A stretch of 64,000 nucleotides of DNA from Azolla caroliniana. Taxonomy: Eukaryota > Plantae > Polypodiophyta. The number at the start of each line of letters is the position of its first letter. The first letter of the stretch is position 1. The position numbers and the translations under genes are program-made. Below the pieces are notes generated by a model. That model saw only the letters and a program-made list of their open reading frames with translations. It did not search any database and was not told where the DNA came from. Below are positions 12,654 through 25,455 of the stretch, piece by piece. The DNA lies in the NCBI GenBank assembly GCA_043228905.1, contig JBHGNT010000001.1, positions 17,918,001 to 17,982,000 on the forward strand. The letters are read 5' to 3'.

Positions 12654-12743
12654 ATATGCTAGTATAGTGGAAAGGCTTAAAATCATTAACATGGAGGTAC
12701 AGGGTTCGAATCCTGCCCTATGCATGTAACAATCTTTTCTTTT
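12654..12743 (+). promoter_or_regulatory. tRNA-like Pol III A-box/B-box module in the Gypsy D LTR, antisense to the element
   Basis: A box TAGTATAGTGG at 12660-12670, B box GGTTCGAATCC at 12703-12713, T-runs at 12735-12743; homologues at 15812-15865, 33791-33844 and 36763-36816. Confidence 0.55.
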
Positions 12744-15385
12744 GTTTACAAATTTGTCTCTTCATCCAGTTAGAGACTCTCACCGGCCTTCTTTATCCGG
12801 CTCTTGCCGGTTCTGCTTGCTCCGGTTCTTACCGGGTCTCCTTACCGGTTCCTCGTTGCCGATTCCATCCTTCATCCGGCTCTTGGCGGGTCTCAATATC
12901 CCATTCGAATTACACTACAACACTCGCCCCCTCGCCCCCTCCAAACCCGCACATCCTCTGGTATGTGCTGAAGTTCCCGATGCATGTTCTTCGTCTTCAT
13001 CTGTAGCACTCTCCGATTCTCCCCTTATGTTGACTACGAGTTGAAGTCCACTCTCTTCGCTATCCGCATCACCGCAATCTTTGTCTGATTGCTCCTCCTT
13101 GTCATTCTTCTCTAGAATCACATAGGGTTCTTCATCAGTCCGCTTCTTGAAAATCTTCACCTATTTCTCGGCTATAGGCACTCGTAGCATCGTTCTATCC
13201 AACTCGCATAGTCAGTAAGTTCCGTTGTGGAAAACTTTCCGAACCTCGTATGGCCCGAACCACCTTTTCACGAACTTTTGCATCGTTGTATGTTGATGAT
13301 CCAAACTACTATCGTAGACAATCACCCAATCTCATTCTTCAATCTTCCGCGGTTGTAGTCGGTGCTTTGTGTCGAACCAGCTTTTATTCCGGAATCGCGC
13401 TTCTCGTTGTTGGCATATTGCTTCCGCTATGTCTTCCGGTCTTCCATCTAGTTGTCGTATCCGGACCACTAGTAGTTCTTCTCGGCTCATCTCTTCCTTC
13501 CACGGTAGCACTGTCCATGTCGCGATCGCGGTTTCCGTTGGCATTACCGATGCTTGTCCGGTCATGAGTTCTGCCAGCATGTAACCGGTTATGGAGCTAT
13601 GTGTCGTCCGATCCGCCCATAGTGCATACGGAAGCATCTGCGTGCAATCCTTCACCCTTCCATCGCATGCCTTCACAAGTGCTTTGACGATCGGACCATG
13701 TCCTTGTTCTATCTTCCCGTTGGCTTCCGGATTGTATGCCATTGTCAGTGTTAACTGAACTCCATGTTTGACGAAGAATCCCCTAGCTTTGTCAGAGTCA
13801 AGTTCTCCCCGATCCGCAATCACTTGTCCTACGCACCTGTACCTGCAAAACACCTCCTCCAAAAGAAATTGGCATACCGCAGAACAGTTTATCCTTCGTA
13901 GTGCTCGACCTTCTACTTGGCTTGTGAGATCTTCCCGAGCTAGCACCAAGTACTGCTTTTGTCCGATCCCGGTTGGCATGGCTACAATATCGACCATCCA
14001 TTTCAAGTTGATTGTCGGTGAGAATGTCGGATGTAACTCATCACGGTGTCGAACTCCGGAGTAGATTTAACACTTCTCACAACTTTCTGTGAACTCCGCT
14101 ATATCTTTGTACATATTATTCCACGAATATTTTTGTTTGATTTTAACAAAAGATGCCCATGTTCCTCGATGTCCAGCCCAATCGGATTTGTGAAATTCGG
14201 ACATTATCCGGTTTTGTTGCTCTTTTGTCCCGACTACCCGAAGTCGTATGCCATCCGGTCTTTTCGGCTCCCTCCATATTAATCCATTTTTCAAGAAGAA
14301 CTTTTGAACTTGCCGCTTCTTACTTCGGATCTCGACTCTCTTCTCTTTATTGTTCGATAATTCCTCGATTTGTTGTCGAACTTTCCCGATCATCAAGCTT
14401 TCTCCCTCGTATTCTTCTTCCCGGAATTCTCTGATTACGTTCACCCGGCATATGTGCTCCGAAGCAAACTAGTCTTCGGAAACTTCTTCATTATCGGATT
14501 TGGTTATGTCATCTCCGAACCGCGGCCTTGATAGCATATCCACTATCGCACTGTCTTTTCCGGAGATGTGTCGTACCTCCGGATTAAGTGAGTTAGCATA
14601 TGCAATCCACCTTAGCATAGCCACATCCGGTACCGTGCAACACCGCATCATCTCGAGTATCGGAAGACAATCTGTTTGGATCACTACTTCGGCTCCGATC
14701 AAATAATCTCGATCCGATTTGATTGCCGACACGACTCCCCATAATTCTCTTTTGACTTGTGCATACGCGCGTTGCCTTTCGTTGAGAACCTTTGCTCCGA
14801 ATCGGATCAGATATCGCGAATCATCCGGATCGGCTTGATTGATGACCCATCCAATTCCGGTTGGACTTGTGTCAACCGTTACTATGATCGGTCGGTCATA
14901 GTTCGGCTTTTTTGGTGATTTTGCCCTTCATAATGATTTCTTGAGCTTCTTGACGGCTATGGTATTCTCCGGTTACCCTTCAAACTTCTTACCTTTCCGC
15001 AACAAGTGATAGAGTGGGTCCGCAATATGTGCATAGTGCGGAATCCATATGTGATAGAACGCACATGCTCCAAGAAACCTTCGGACATCGGATTGTGACT
15101 CGCATACTTCTTTCATAGCTTGAATCGCATCGATCTTGGTTGGTGATGGTCTTTGGCTGTACGGTCCACATAGATGTCAGATTACCAATCTTTCTTCTTG
15201 TCCGAATGCCAATTTCTCTCCGGAAAGTGTTAGGTGCATATTGCCAAAGAGAATTTCAAGACAACTCAAGATCGTGCTCCATTTTATGTTGATCAGGATA
15301 GAAGTCCTCGGGCATTTACCATTTGTCAGAAAGTTTTTTTGTGTGTCCCTATTGACTCTAAGTCATTGTCTACGGGCCACTGCGT

Positions 15386-18300
15386 TGTCGTGCCTTTCGG
15401 CTCCGGATCGTTGCGTGAGTTAGGTGGGAACCACTGAGGTTTTGGACTAGGAGAAGAAGAATATGAGATAGGCTTTGTTACGAATAGATTGCAAGATGGA
15501 GATGTGAAACTCATGAATCCCACGAGTATAATTTATTAATAGATACTTCGATTGTAAGAGAGAATTACATGGTAAAATCGTGAATCCCATGAATATTTTG
15601 TATTAATCAATCCAATGAATATTTTATCACATGCAAGCATCATGCTTTTACTAACTATAGTTTTCATGCACACTGCATGTGCATGATTAGCTTTCTATCC
15701 CATCTTTTCTTTTAACTCGAGTGCGTATGCATGAATAACTTTTTGTACCATGCATATCTAGAATATTTACCTGGGATAAATTTTAGTATAACTTTACAAT
15801 TCATAATATGCTAGTATAGTGGAAAGGCTTAAAATCGTTAACATGGAGGTACAGGGTTCGAATCTTACCCTATACATGTAACAATCTTTTCTTCTGTTTA
15901 CAAATTTGTCTCTTCATCCGATTAGAGACTCTCACCGGCCTTCTTTATCCAACTCTTGCCGGTTCTACTTGCTCCGGTTCTTACCATGTCTCCTTACCGG
16001 TTCCTCCTTGCCGATTCCATCCTTCATCCGGTTCTCACCGGTTCCTCCTCATTCGGCTCTTGGCGGGTCTCAATGTCCCATCCGAAAGGACAAAAATGCA
16101 ATTCTCACGTAGTGTGCGAATTACACTACGACACTCGCCCCCTCCAAACCCACACATCCTCTGGTATGTGCCGACGTTCCTGATGCCTGTTGTTCGTCTT
16201 CATCCGTAGCACTCTCCGATTCTCCCCTTATGTCGACTACGAGTTGAAGTCCACTTTCTTCGCTATCCGCATCACCACGATCTTTGTCCGATTGCTCCTC
16301 CTTGTCGGTCTTGTCTAGAATCACATAGGGTTCTTCATCAGTCCGCGTCGTGAAAATCTTCACCTATTTCCCAGCTATAAGCACTCGTAGCATCGTTCCA
16401 TCCAACTCGCGTAGTCGGTAAGTTCCGTTGTCGAAAACTTTCCGAACCTAATATGGCCCGAACCACCTTTTCACGAACTTCCGCATCGTTGTATGTTGAT
16501 GATCCAAATTACTGTCGTAGACAATCACCCAATCTCCTTCTTCAATCTTACGCGGTCGTAGTCAGTACTTTGTGTCAAACCAGCTTTTGTTCCGGAATCG
16601 CGCTTCTCGTTGTCGGCATGTTGCTTTCGCTATGTCTTCTGGTCTTCCCTATAGTTGTCGTATCCGGACCGTTAGTAGTTCTTCCCGACTGATCTCTTGC
16701 TTCCACAATAGCATTGTCCATGTCGCGATCGCGGTTTCCGTCGGCATTACCGGGTGCTTGTCCGGTCACAAGTTCTGTCGGCATATAACCGGTTACGGAG
16801 CTATGTGTCATCCGATCCACCCATAGTGCATACAGGAGCATGTGCGACCAATCCTTCACCCTTTCGTCGCATGCTTGGGCAAGTGCTTTGATGATCGGAC
16901 TATGTCCTCATTCAATTTTCCCGTTGGCCTCCGGATTGTATGCCATTGTTAGTGTTAACCGAACTCCATGTTTGGTGAAGAATTTCCTAGCTTTATCAGA
17001 GTCAAGTTTTCCCCTATCTACAATCACTTGTCCTACACACCCGTACCTGCAAAATACTTCTTCCAAAAGGAATTGGCATACCGTAGAACACGTTTTCCTC
17101 CGTAGCGCCGGACCTTCTACTTGGTTTGTGAGATCTTCTCGAGCTAACACGAAGTACTTCTTCTGTTCGATCCTGGTTGGCATGGCTACAATATCGACCA
17201 TCCATTTGAAGTTGATTGTCGGTGAGAATGTCGGATGTAACTCATCACGGTGTCGAACTCCGGAGTAGATTTAACACTTCTCACAACTTTCCGTGAACTC
17301 CGCTATATCTTTGTACATATTATTCCACCAATATTTTTGTTTGATTTTCACAAATGTTGGCCATGTCCCTCGATGTCCAGCCCAATTGGATTCGTGAAAC
17401 TCGGACATTATTCGATTTCGTTGCTCTTTCTTCCCGACTACCCGAAGTGGTATGCCATCCGATCTTTTTGGCTCCCTCCATATTAATCCATTTTTCTTCC
17501 TTTGGCTTTTGGGCTTTTTGGACTTGCCTCTTCTTCCTTTGGATCTCGGCTCTCTTCTCTTTATCGTCAGATGATTTCTCTATCTCTTGTAGCACCTTCC
17601 TGATCATCAAGCTTTCTCCCTCATATTCTTCTTTTTGGAATTCTCTGATTACGTTTACTCGGCATATGTGCTCTGAAGGAAGATAGTCTTCAGAAACTTC
17701 TTCATTATCGGATTCGGCTATGTTGTCTCCGAACCGAACCCTTGATAGCATATCCGCTACCACGTTGTCTTTTCCGGAGATGTGTTGTACGTCCAGGTTA
17801 AGCAACTTAACATATGCAATCCATCCTAGCATAGCCACATCCGGTATTGTGCAACACCGCATCATGCCGAGTATCGGAAGACAATCTGTTTCAATCACTA
17901 CTTCAGCTCCGATCAAATAATCTCAATCCGATTTTATTACTGACATGACTCCCCATAATTCTCTTTTGACTTGTGCATATCCGCGTTGCCTTTCGTTGAG
18001 AACCTTTGCTCCGAATCGGATCGGACATCACAAAGCATCCGAGTCGGCTTGATTGATGACCCATCCGATTCCGGTTGGACTTGTGTCAACCGTTACTATG
18101 ATCGGTCGGTCATAGCTCGGCTTCTTAAGTGATTCCATCCTCCGTAATGTTTTCTTAAGCTTCTTCATGGCTTTAGTATGTTCCGGTCTCCATTTGAACT
18201 TCTTAGCCTTCCGCAACAAGTGATAGAGTGGGTCCGCAATATGTGCACAATGCGGAATCCATATGTTACGATAGAATGCACATGCTCCAAGAAACCTTCG

Positions 18301-21300
18301 GACTTCGGATTGTGACTCGCATACTTCTTTCATAACTTGAATCGCATCGATCTTGGTTGGTGATGTTCTTCGGCCGTAGGTCCCACATAGATGTCCAACT
18401 ACCAATATTTCTTCTTGTCCGAATGCTGATTTCTCACTGAAAAATGTTAGGTGCACATCTTCTAACTTTCGAAGCACTTTCTCGCAATCACGAATATGGT
18501 CGACTACGAACTTTCGGCATCCCCGATCATCCATAGTCTCATCTTTTTCTTCCAACGCGCATCCTTTTATCAGAATGTCATCTAGGAGCGGCATCGTTAT
18601 CTTTGGAATGCAATCTCGAAGCACCTTGTTCGGCATCCCCGATCATCCATAGTCTCATCTTTTTCTTCCAACGCGCATCCTTTTATCAGAATGTCATCTA
18701 GGAGCGGCATCGTTATCTTTGGAATGCAATCTCGAAGCACCTTGTTCATCGCGTTCATCATATGTGCAACCGAGTTTGTCGCTCCTTGTGGTAATGTGCA
18801 CATTCGGACTAATCCTATCGGTGTTCGCATGGTGGTGATGTCTTGGCTCTCCACGACTAGTTGGAATTGTTCATACCCAGAGTATAGGTCTCCGATGGAG
18901 TATATCGTGCGTCCGGGAAAAGCTTCCGCAAATTCGTCCACTATCGGACCGACTCCTGAGTTCCGGATCGTGACCTTGTTCACCGGTTGCAAGTCGTGGA
19001 TAAATCGGAGTGATCCATTCTTCTTAGGAACCGTAAACCATCAATTCGAGTATGGAGCGTTTGATGGCTCTAGGATCCCCATTGCCACCTTCTCCTTGAG
19101 CAAGTCGATGACTTTCAGAATATGCGCCCATGGCACCAGAATCGGCTTCAGGTTCCACGACATATGGTCAATCGTGAAGATCACCATCGGCTCCATTATC
19201 TTCGTATCAATGCATCCTATCTCCCTTGATGTGAATGCGAACGCTTTGCCATGTTGCTCCGACATCTTACGAAACCGTTCTTCTTCTTTTTGTAAGAGGA
19301 AACCGCCTCCACCGATCCGAAGTTTTTTCCGAGTCTCATCCGTGAAGGCATGTCCGATATCCACGGACTTCCGAAGTGTCAAATCTCCCGAGACTTCTTT
19401 CCTCTTTTGTTCGCTACCGGAGGGTAATGGTCCCACGGCTGGTTTCACTTTCTTCTCCACGGTCTTGTATTTCGTACTTACCATTGCTTCTTCTTTGCGG
19501 AGCGCATACGGCCCCATTTTCGCAATGATCTCGTACATCTCGACCGATTCCATCGGGACTACTCGGTCTCCTTGGCTTTTATCCTCCACAAGCTCTTCAT
19601 GCCATTGTAGCGTGCTCCCATAGAACACTTCTTCGACTACCCCCACGATTTCTTCATCTTCTTTTATTATTGATGCCGACCGCAACTTATCCTCTACTTT
19701 TCGGTATTCTTTCTTCATTCCTCGGGTTACAGCCGTGTACATAGATGCCCCATCTGGACAGATTCGTACTTGTTTTGCTCCGAGAGTTTTCTTCCTGTGT
19801 GGGGTATCAGGGCTTCTCGGATATCACTTCCCCACTCCGCAATAGTCTGCTCTAAAAATCCATCCTTGTTTGGGACAAGAGCTCTCTCTTGTTCCTTTCA
19901 TGATTTGTCGGCACAGTTAGGAATTGAATGGATTTCCCTCCGCTTTGGCTCCGAATTCGTGCAAAAGCCGCACCGCTATCGAGCACCTTTCTCTCCATCT
20001 ATGAAACCGTGATAAAGGGTTGCCCGAGGATCACGAAATGTGAGACCTCATCTTGTACGAAGAAATTTTGGGCAATCTCGACATCCCCAATCTTCACCGT
20101 CACATCCTGATAAGCTGCAAATAGATCTTTCGTTGCTTTAATGGCTGCCCGGATCTTCCATCCATGGTTAGTGTTTATAGGCCACTTCCCCTTATGGTAA
20201 AACTCCTTGGACATCAAATTGATCTCCGATACGTGATCAATCAATGCTAGCACGGACTCTTTGATGTTGCCGATTCGGACCGGACTCTCCATAGTTGCAC
20301 GTGCCTAATGTGGCCTTGTGTAATGGGAGTTCGGTATTTCGTCCTCCACTTTGGTGTCATTCACTAAGACAGTATTTGCATTCACCCTTGGAGCATTTTC
20401 CTCCGTACTTTGCCTTTTTCTCTTCACAAGATCCACAAGAAGATCGTGGAACTCCTTCGCTATTTCGAGTAATTCCCGAAGCGAAAATTCTACCCGGCTT
20501 TCGAGGATTCTCTCTTCAAACACCTTTTTCAAGTTCATTTGTTGTTTGAAGTCCGAGGAGAGCTTGAATGCCGGAATCGTCTTTTCTTTTCCCTCCCTCC
20601 GGAGTTCCAGCTTTCCGGTGTCTTTGATGGTCCGTGTGGCGTCGTTTTTCATCCACATACACTTCATGCAATTGGCATAGCGCATCTACACTCCCATCCC
20701 GTAGCTTCCCGGAAACATTCCGTGATGCTTTGGATTTCATCATGGTCGGCTTTCTTCGAAATTTCTAACACTTCCGGCCAAAAAGACGCCTTTGCTGTAG
20801 ATGACTCCCCCACACGTATTCCCGCGGGCAGAATTGTTTTTCGCTGCGATCTACTCTACGACCTTCTTCATGCCACCTTTCCAGAAGTTCGGTCAGAGTC
20901 ACTTCCGAGAATCCATCGAATGAATCCGATATCCCTCATAGTAGATAAGACCCCGTCGTAACGCCTCCTTGTGCTCGTCGCAATCTCTCCGATCATGTTC
21001 GGTGCTATCGCACCATATACATCGACGGTCCATATATTTGGAACTTGTGGGACGGTCATCTGATTTCTTCACCATTGTGATTTTTAGATTCTCCATCTCC
21101 TTTAGCAACTGCTCCATCGTAGTTGCGTCCATTCCCTTCTCGGTCGTAGTTTCCCGAGCCCGCGGTTGATGGTATTCCGATCCGGATCTCGGTTCCGGAA
21201 TCAGTTCCGAAACCCTCTTCTCTTCGTTGGCAAGTCATTGCCCCCTCTTTGTGTATCGCGCGACGATATCCCGCACGCTTTCCGATGTTTCGGTGAGGCC

Positions 21301-22661
21301 ACTCTTGGTAGTCGTGTCCTCTAGAAGCACTCCAAGATCCTTCCGGTCCCGGACGTCTACGGCTTGTAAGAACATGATAACTTTGTCCAATGCAAGGATA
21401 GCTTGATCTCTCGCAAACAACCTCCCGAATCGACTTTCGAATGCCGAAAACACATCGAGGACCTTCATCCCCTTGTCCGGCGTTTCCACCCAATCCTGGA
21501 ATCCTCTCCGCGTTGCCTTGAAGGAGTCCTCGATAGCAAACATGGTCTTTAGCACTTCTTCAAACGCTTCCCACGTCGGATTTTGTTGTCGTAACCCGTG
21601 GATACTTGCTTGAAGCCCGTCAGTAGCCACCCGGCTGAAGGATATCACTTGCACTCCTTCCGAAATCCCACACCGTAGCATTTCCGCCCTGTAGTCCCGA
21701 AGATAGTGTGATATGTCCTTTCCATTGAATTGCCCAATCCATTGCATGAGCCAGTCTACTGCCGCCGCTATCTCCGACATCGCACGTTGTTCTTGAAGCA
21801 TCCGCTCGAACATCATCATCATGTTGTTAGCCTCTGGTTGTTTTCCATCTCCTTGCCACCCGTTTTCACGTTGGGTTCACCACTTGTGTCGTGCCTTTCA
21901 GCTCCGGATCGTTGCGTGAGTTGGGTGGGAACCACTAAGGTTTTGAACTAGGAGAAGAAGAATATGAGATAGGTTTTACAAATAGATTGCAAGATAGAGA
22001 TGTGAAACTCATGAATCCCACGAGTATAATGTATTAATGCATACTTAGATTGTAAGAGATAATTAGATGGTAAAATTGTGAATCACACGAATATTTTGTA
22101 TTAATCAATCCTTATAAAAAAATCAACAACCCCTATACATCTTCCTCTCATCCTTATATAGTGTTGGAAGAGTCTATGTTTATCACATGCAAGCATCATG
22201 CTTTTCCTAACTTTAGTTTTCATGCACACTTCATGTGCTTGATTAGCTTTCTATCCCATCTTTTCTTTTAACTCGAGTGTGTATGCATGAATAACTTTTC
22301 GTACCATGCATATCTAGTATATTTAGATGGGATAAAGTTTAGTATAACTTTAAAATTCATAATATGCTAGTATAGAGGAAAGGCTTAAAATCGTTAACAT
22401 GGAGGTACAAGGTTAGAATGCCCTATGCATGTAACAATCTTTTCTTCTGTTTACAAATTTGTCTCTTCATCTGGTGAGAGACTCGCACCGGCCTTCTTTA
22501 TCCGGCTCTTGCCGGTTCTGACTGGGTCTCCTTATTGGTTCCTCCTTGCTGATTCCATCCTTCATTCGGTTCCTCCTCATCCGGTTCTTGGCGGGTCTCA
22601 ATGTCCCATCCGAAGGGACAAAAATGCAATTCTCACGTAGTGTGCGAATTACTCTACGACA
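15386..22661 (-). mobile_element. Element D2: full-length but decayed Gypsy (LTRs 15386-16133 and 21887-22661, tRNA-Trp PBS 21865-21882, 4-bp TSD GCG(T/C))
   Basis: TSD at 15382-15385 / 22662-22665; gag, PR (ALIDHVSEINLM), RT (GDLYSGY, LPQGATN, LLDDILI), RH (VTVDTSP) and IN in Gypsy order; PPT at 16134-16143. Confidence 0.93.
18513..18748. repeat. 116-bp tandem duplication spanning the RT catalytic LLDD motif of D2
   Basis: CGGCATCCCC at 18515 and 18631; the two copies appear identical. Confidence 0.92.
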
Positions 22662-25455
22662 GCGCTAAGTTAGCCCCACGATATTGTGGCCCATTTGAAA
22701 TCCTTAAGCGGGTTAGGTCATCTACTTATCACCTTGCTTTACCCCGTAACGTTGGTATTCATCCTATTTTTTATGTTAGTCATCTAAAACCATTTTTAGG
22801 CTCTTGTGATAACACCATCACAATCCAAGATCTTGTAACATTAGAGGATTTTTCTTACAAACCTCATGTTCCTGAATGAATTCTTGATTCTAGTACTAAA
22901 CGTTTACGTTCCAAAGAGATTCGGCTATTCAAGATCAAATGGATGGATAAACTTATTGATGATGCCACATGGGAACGCGAGCATACTATTAAGGCACAAT
23001 TTCCTCACTTTATATTACAAGAGTGCAATCTCTTGAAGTAGGGGAGTATGTTATGTACACATAACATTGGTGAGGGTAGGTCACTAATATTTACATTAGT
23101 GAAGGGTACATTAAATAATGTTAAAAAGGGGACAAATGATTGGATAGAAGGAATGTTAGGTGCATGCACTATCATGATTTGGACAACCAATGAATGGAGA
23201 GCCTTTTAGAAAGCCACATCTATTCAAGGAGCCTACTCTACCCTCATAATCACATTACGTCGGAAGGCTATTGTCTTAGACATTGGTGGTGCGGGTTAGG
23301 CTTTCATCTCGACAATTGTGTTTCTCAAGTCCGTTTGTTGTTCGATGTCCGAGGTGTGCTTGAATGCCAGAATCGTCTTTTCTTTTCCCTTCCCTCTGGA
23401 GTTCCAGCTTTCCAGTGTCTTTGATGGTCTGACCAAATCATCCGTGCGTGGTCGTTTTTCATCCACATACACTTCATGCATTTGACATAGTGCATGTACA
23501 CTATTCTTATCTACGGGGCACTCCCATCCCGTAGCTTCCCGAATACATTCTGTGGCGCTTTGGATTTCATCATGGTCGGCTTTCTTCGAAATTTCTAACA
23601 CTTCCGGCCAAAAAGATGCCTTTGCTGTAGATGACTCCCCCACAAGAATTCCCGCGGTTGTCGCATAATTGTCTTTCGCCGCCTTTTCGGAAGTTCGGTC
23701 AGAGTCACTTCCGAGAATCCATCGAATGAATCCGATTTCCCTCATAGTAGATAAGATCCCGTCGTAACGCCTCCTTGTGCTCGTCGCAATCTCTCCGATC
23801 ATGTTTGGTTCTATCGCACCATATGCATTGACGGTCCATGTACTTTAAACTTGTGAGACGGTCATCTGCCTTCTTCACCATCGCAATTTTTAGACTCTCC
23901 ATCTCCTTCAGCAACTGCTCCACCGTAGTTGCGTCCATTCCCTTCTCGGTCGTAGCTTCCCGAGCCCGCGGTTGATGGTCTTCCGATCCAGATCTCGGTT
24001 CCGGAATCAATTTCAAAACCCTCTTTTCTTCATTGGAAAGCCATCTCGTGTCCTCTAGAAGCACTCCAAGATCCTTCCAATCCCGGACGTCTACGGCTCG
24101 TAAGAACATGATAACTTTGTCCAGTGCAAGGATAGCTTGATCTCTCGTAGACAACCTCCCGAATCGACTTTCGAATGCCGAAAACACATCGAGGACCTTC
24201 ATCCCCTTGTCCGGCGTTTCCACCCAATCCTCGAATCCTCTCCACGTTGCCATGAAGGAGTCCTCGATAGCGAACATGGACTTTAGCGCCTTTTCAAACG
24301 CTTCCCACGTCTGATTTTGTTGTCATAGCCCATGGATACTTGCTTGAAGCCTGTCGGTAGCCACCCGGTTGAAGGATATCACTTGCACTCCTTTCGAAAT
24401 CCCACACCGTAGCATTTCCGCCCTGTAGTCCCGAAGATAGTGTGATATGTCCTTTCCGTTGAATTGCCCAATTCGTTGCACAAGCCAGTCTACTGCTGCC
24501 GCCGCTATCTCCGACATCGCACGTTGTTCTTGAAGCATCTGCTCGAACATCATCATCATGTTGTTAGCCTCCGGTTGATTTTCCATCTCTTTGCCACCCG
24601 TTTTCACGTCGGGTTCACCACTTGTGTCGTGCCTTACGGCTCCAGATCATTGTGTGAGTTCGGTGGGAACCACTGAGGTTTTGGACTAGGAGAAGAAGAA
24701 TATGAGATAGGTTTTGTTACGAATAGATTGCAAGATAGAGATGTGAAACTCGTGAATCCCACGAGTATAATGTATTAATGGATACTTAGATTGTAAGAGA
24801 GAATTAGATCGTAAAATCGTGAATCCCACGAATATTTTGTATTAATCAATCCGTATAAAAAATCAACAACCCCTATACATCTTCCTCTCTTCCTTATATA
24901 GTGTTGGAAGAGTCTAAGTTTATCACATGCAAGCATCATGCTTTTCCTAACTTTAGTTTTCATGCACACTTCATGTGCATGATTAGCTTTCTATCCCATC
25001 TTTTCTTTTAACTCGAGTGTGTATGCATGAATAACTTTTTGTACCATGCATATCTAGAATATTTACATGGGATAAAGTTTAGTATAACTTTAAAATTCAT
25101 AATATGCTAGTATAGTGGAAAGGCTTAAAATCGTTTGTCTCTTCATATGTTGAGAGACTCTCACCGGCCTTCTTTATCCGGCTCTTGTCAGTTCTGCTTG
25201 ATCCGGTTCTTACCGGTTCCTCCTTGGCGATTCCATCATTCATCCGGTTCTCACCAGTTCCTCCTCATCCGGATCTTGGCGGGTCTCAATGTCCCATCCG
25301 AAGGGACGAAAATGCAATTCTCACATAGTGTGCGAATTACACTACGACACTCGCCCCATCGAAACCCGCACATCCTCTGGTATGTGACGACGTTCGCGAT
25401 GCTTGTTGTTTGTCTTCAACCGTAGCACTCTCCGATTCTCCCCTTATGTCGACGT

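Larger units (their letters stand above)
15234..23260 (+). mobile_element. Element E: 3' remnant of a chromovirus related to A (IN C-terminus, chromodomain, PPT ~23040, LTR from 23049), split by D2
   Basis: MHIAKENFKTTQDRA...SLSTGHC (15234-15385) resumes as AKLAPRYCGPF at 22662; PHVPE...KIKWMDK..DATWE; homologous to 33120-33620. Confidence 0.85.
12174..25451 (-). mobile_element. Element D1: non-chromovirus Gypsy (3' LTR 12174-12922; 5' LTR 24625-25349; tRNA-Trp PBS 24603-24620) plus ~100 bp of a second tandem unit
   Basis: LTRs TGTCGTG...CTAC(G/A)ACA; IN, RH and RT C-terminus at 12923-15235; gag at ~23318-24607; flanked by ACGT (12170-12173 and 25452-25455), across which the Copia frame DGYTRHTWIY is restored. 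Confidence 0.85.

Noticed and set aside
12654-12727. Functional tRNA gene
   Set aside because: Anticodon and acceptor stems do not pair properly and it lies inside LTRs; kept only as a tRNA-like module.
18691-19623. 310-aa plus-strand ORF and similar antisense ORFs (8964-9515, 61881-62333)
   Set aside because: Shadow frames opposite retrotransposon pol with no motifs of their own.
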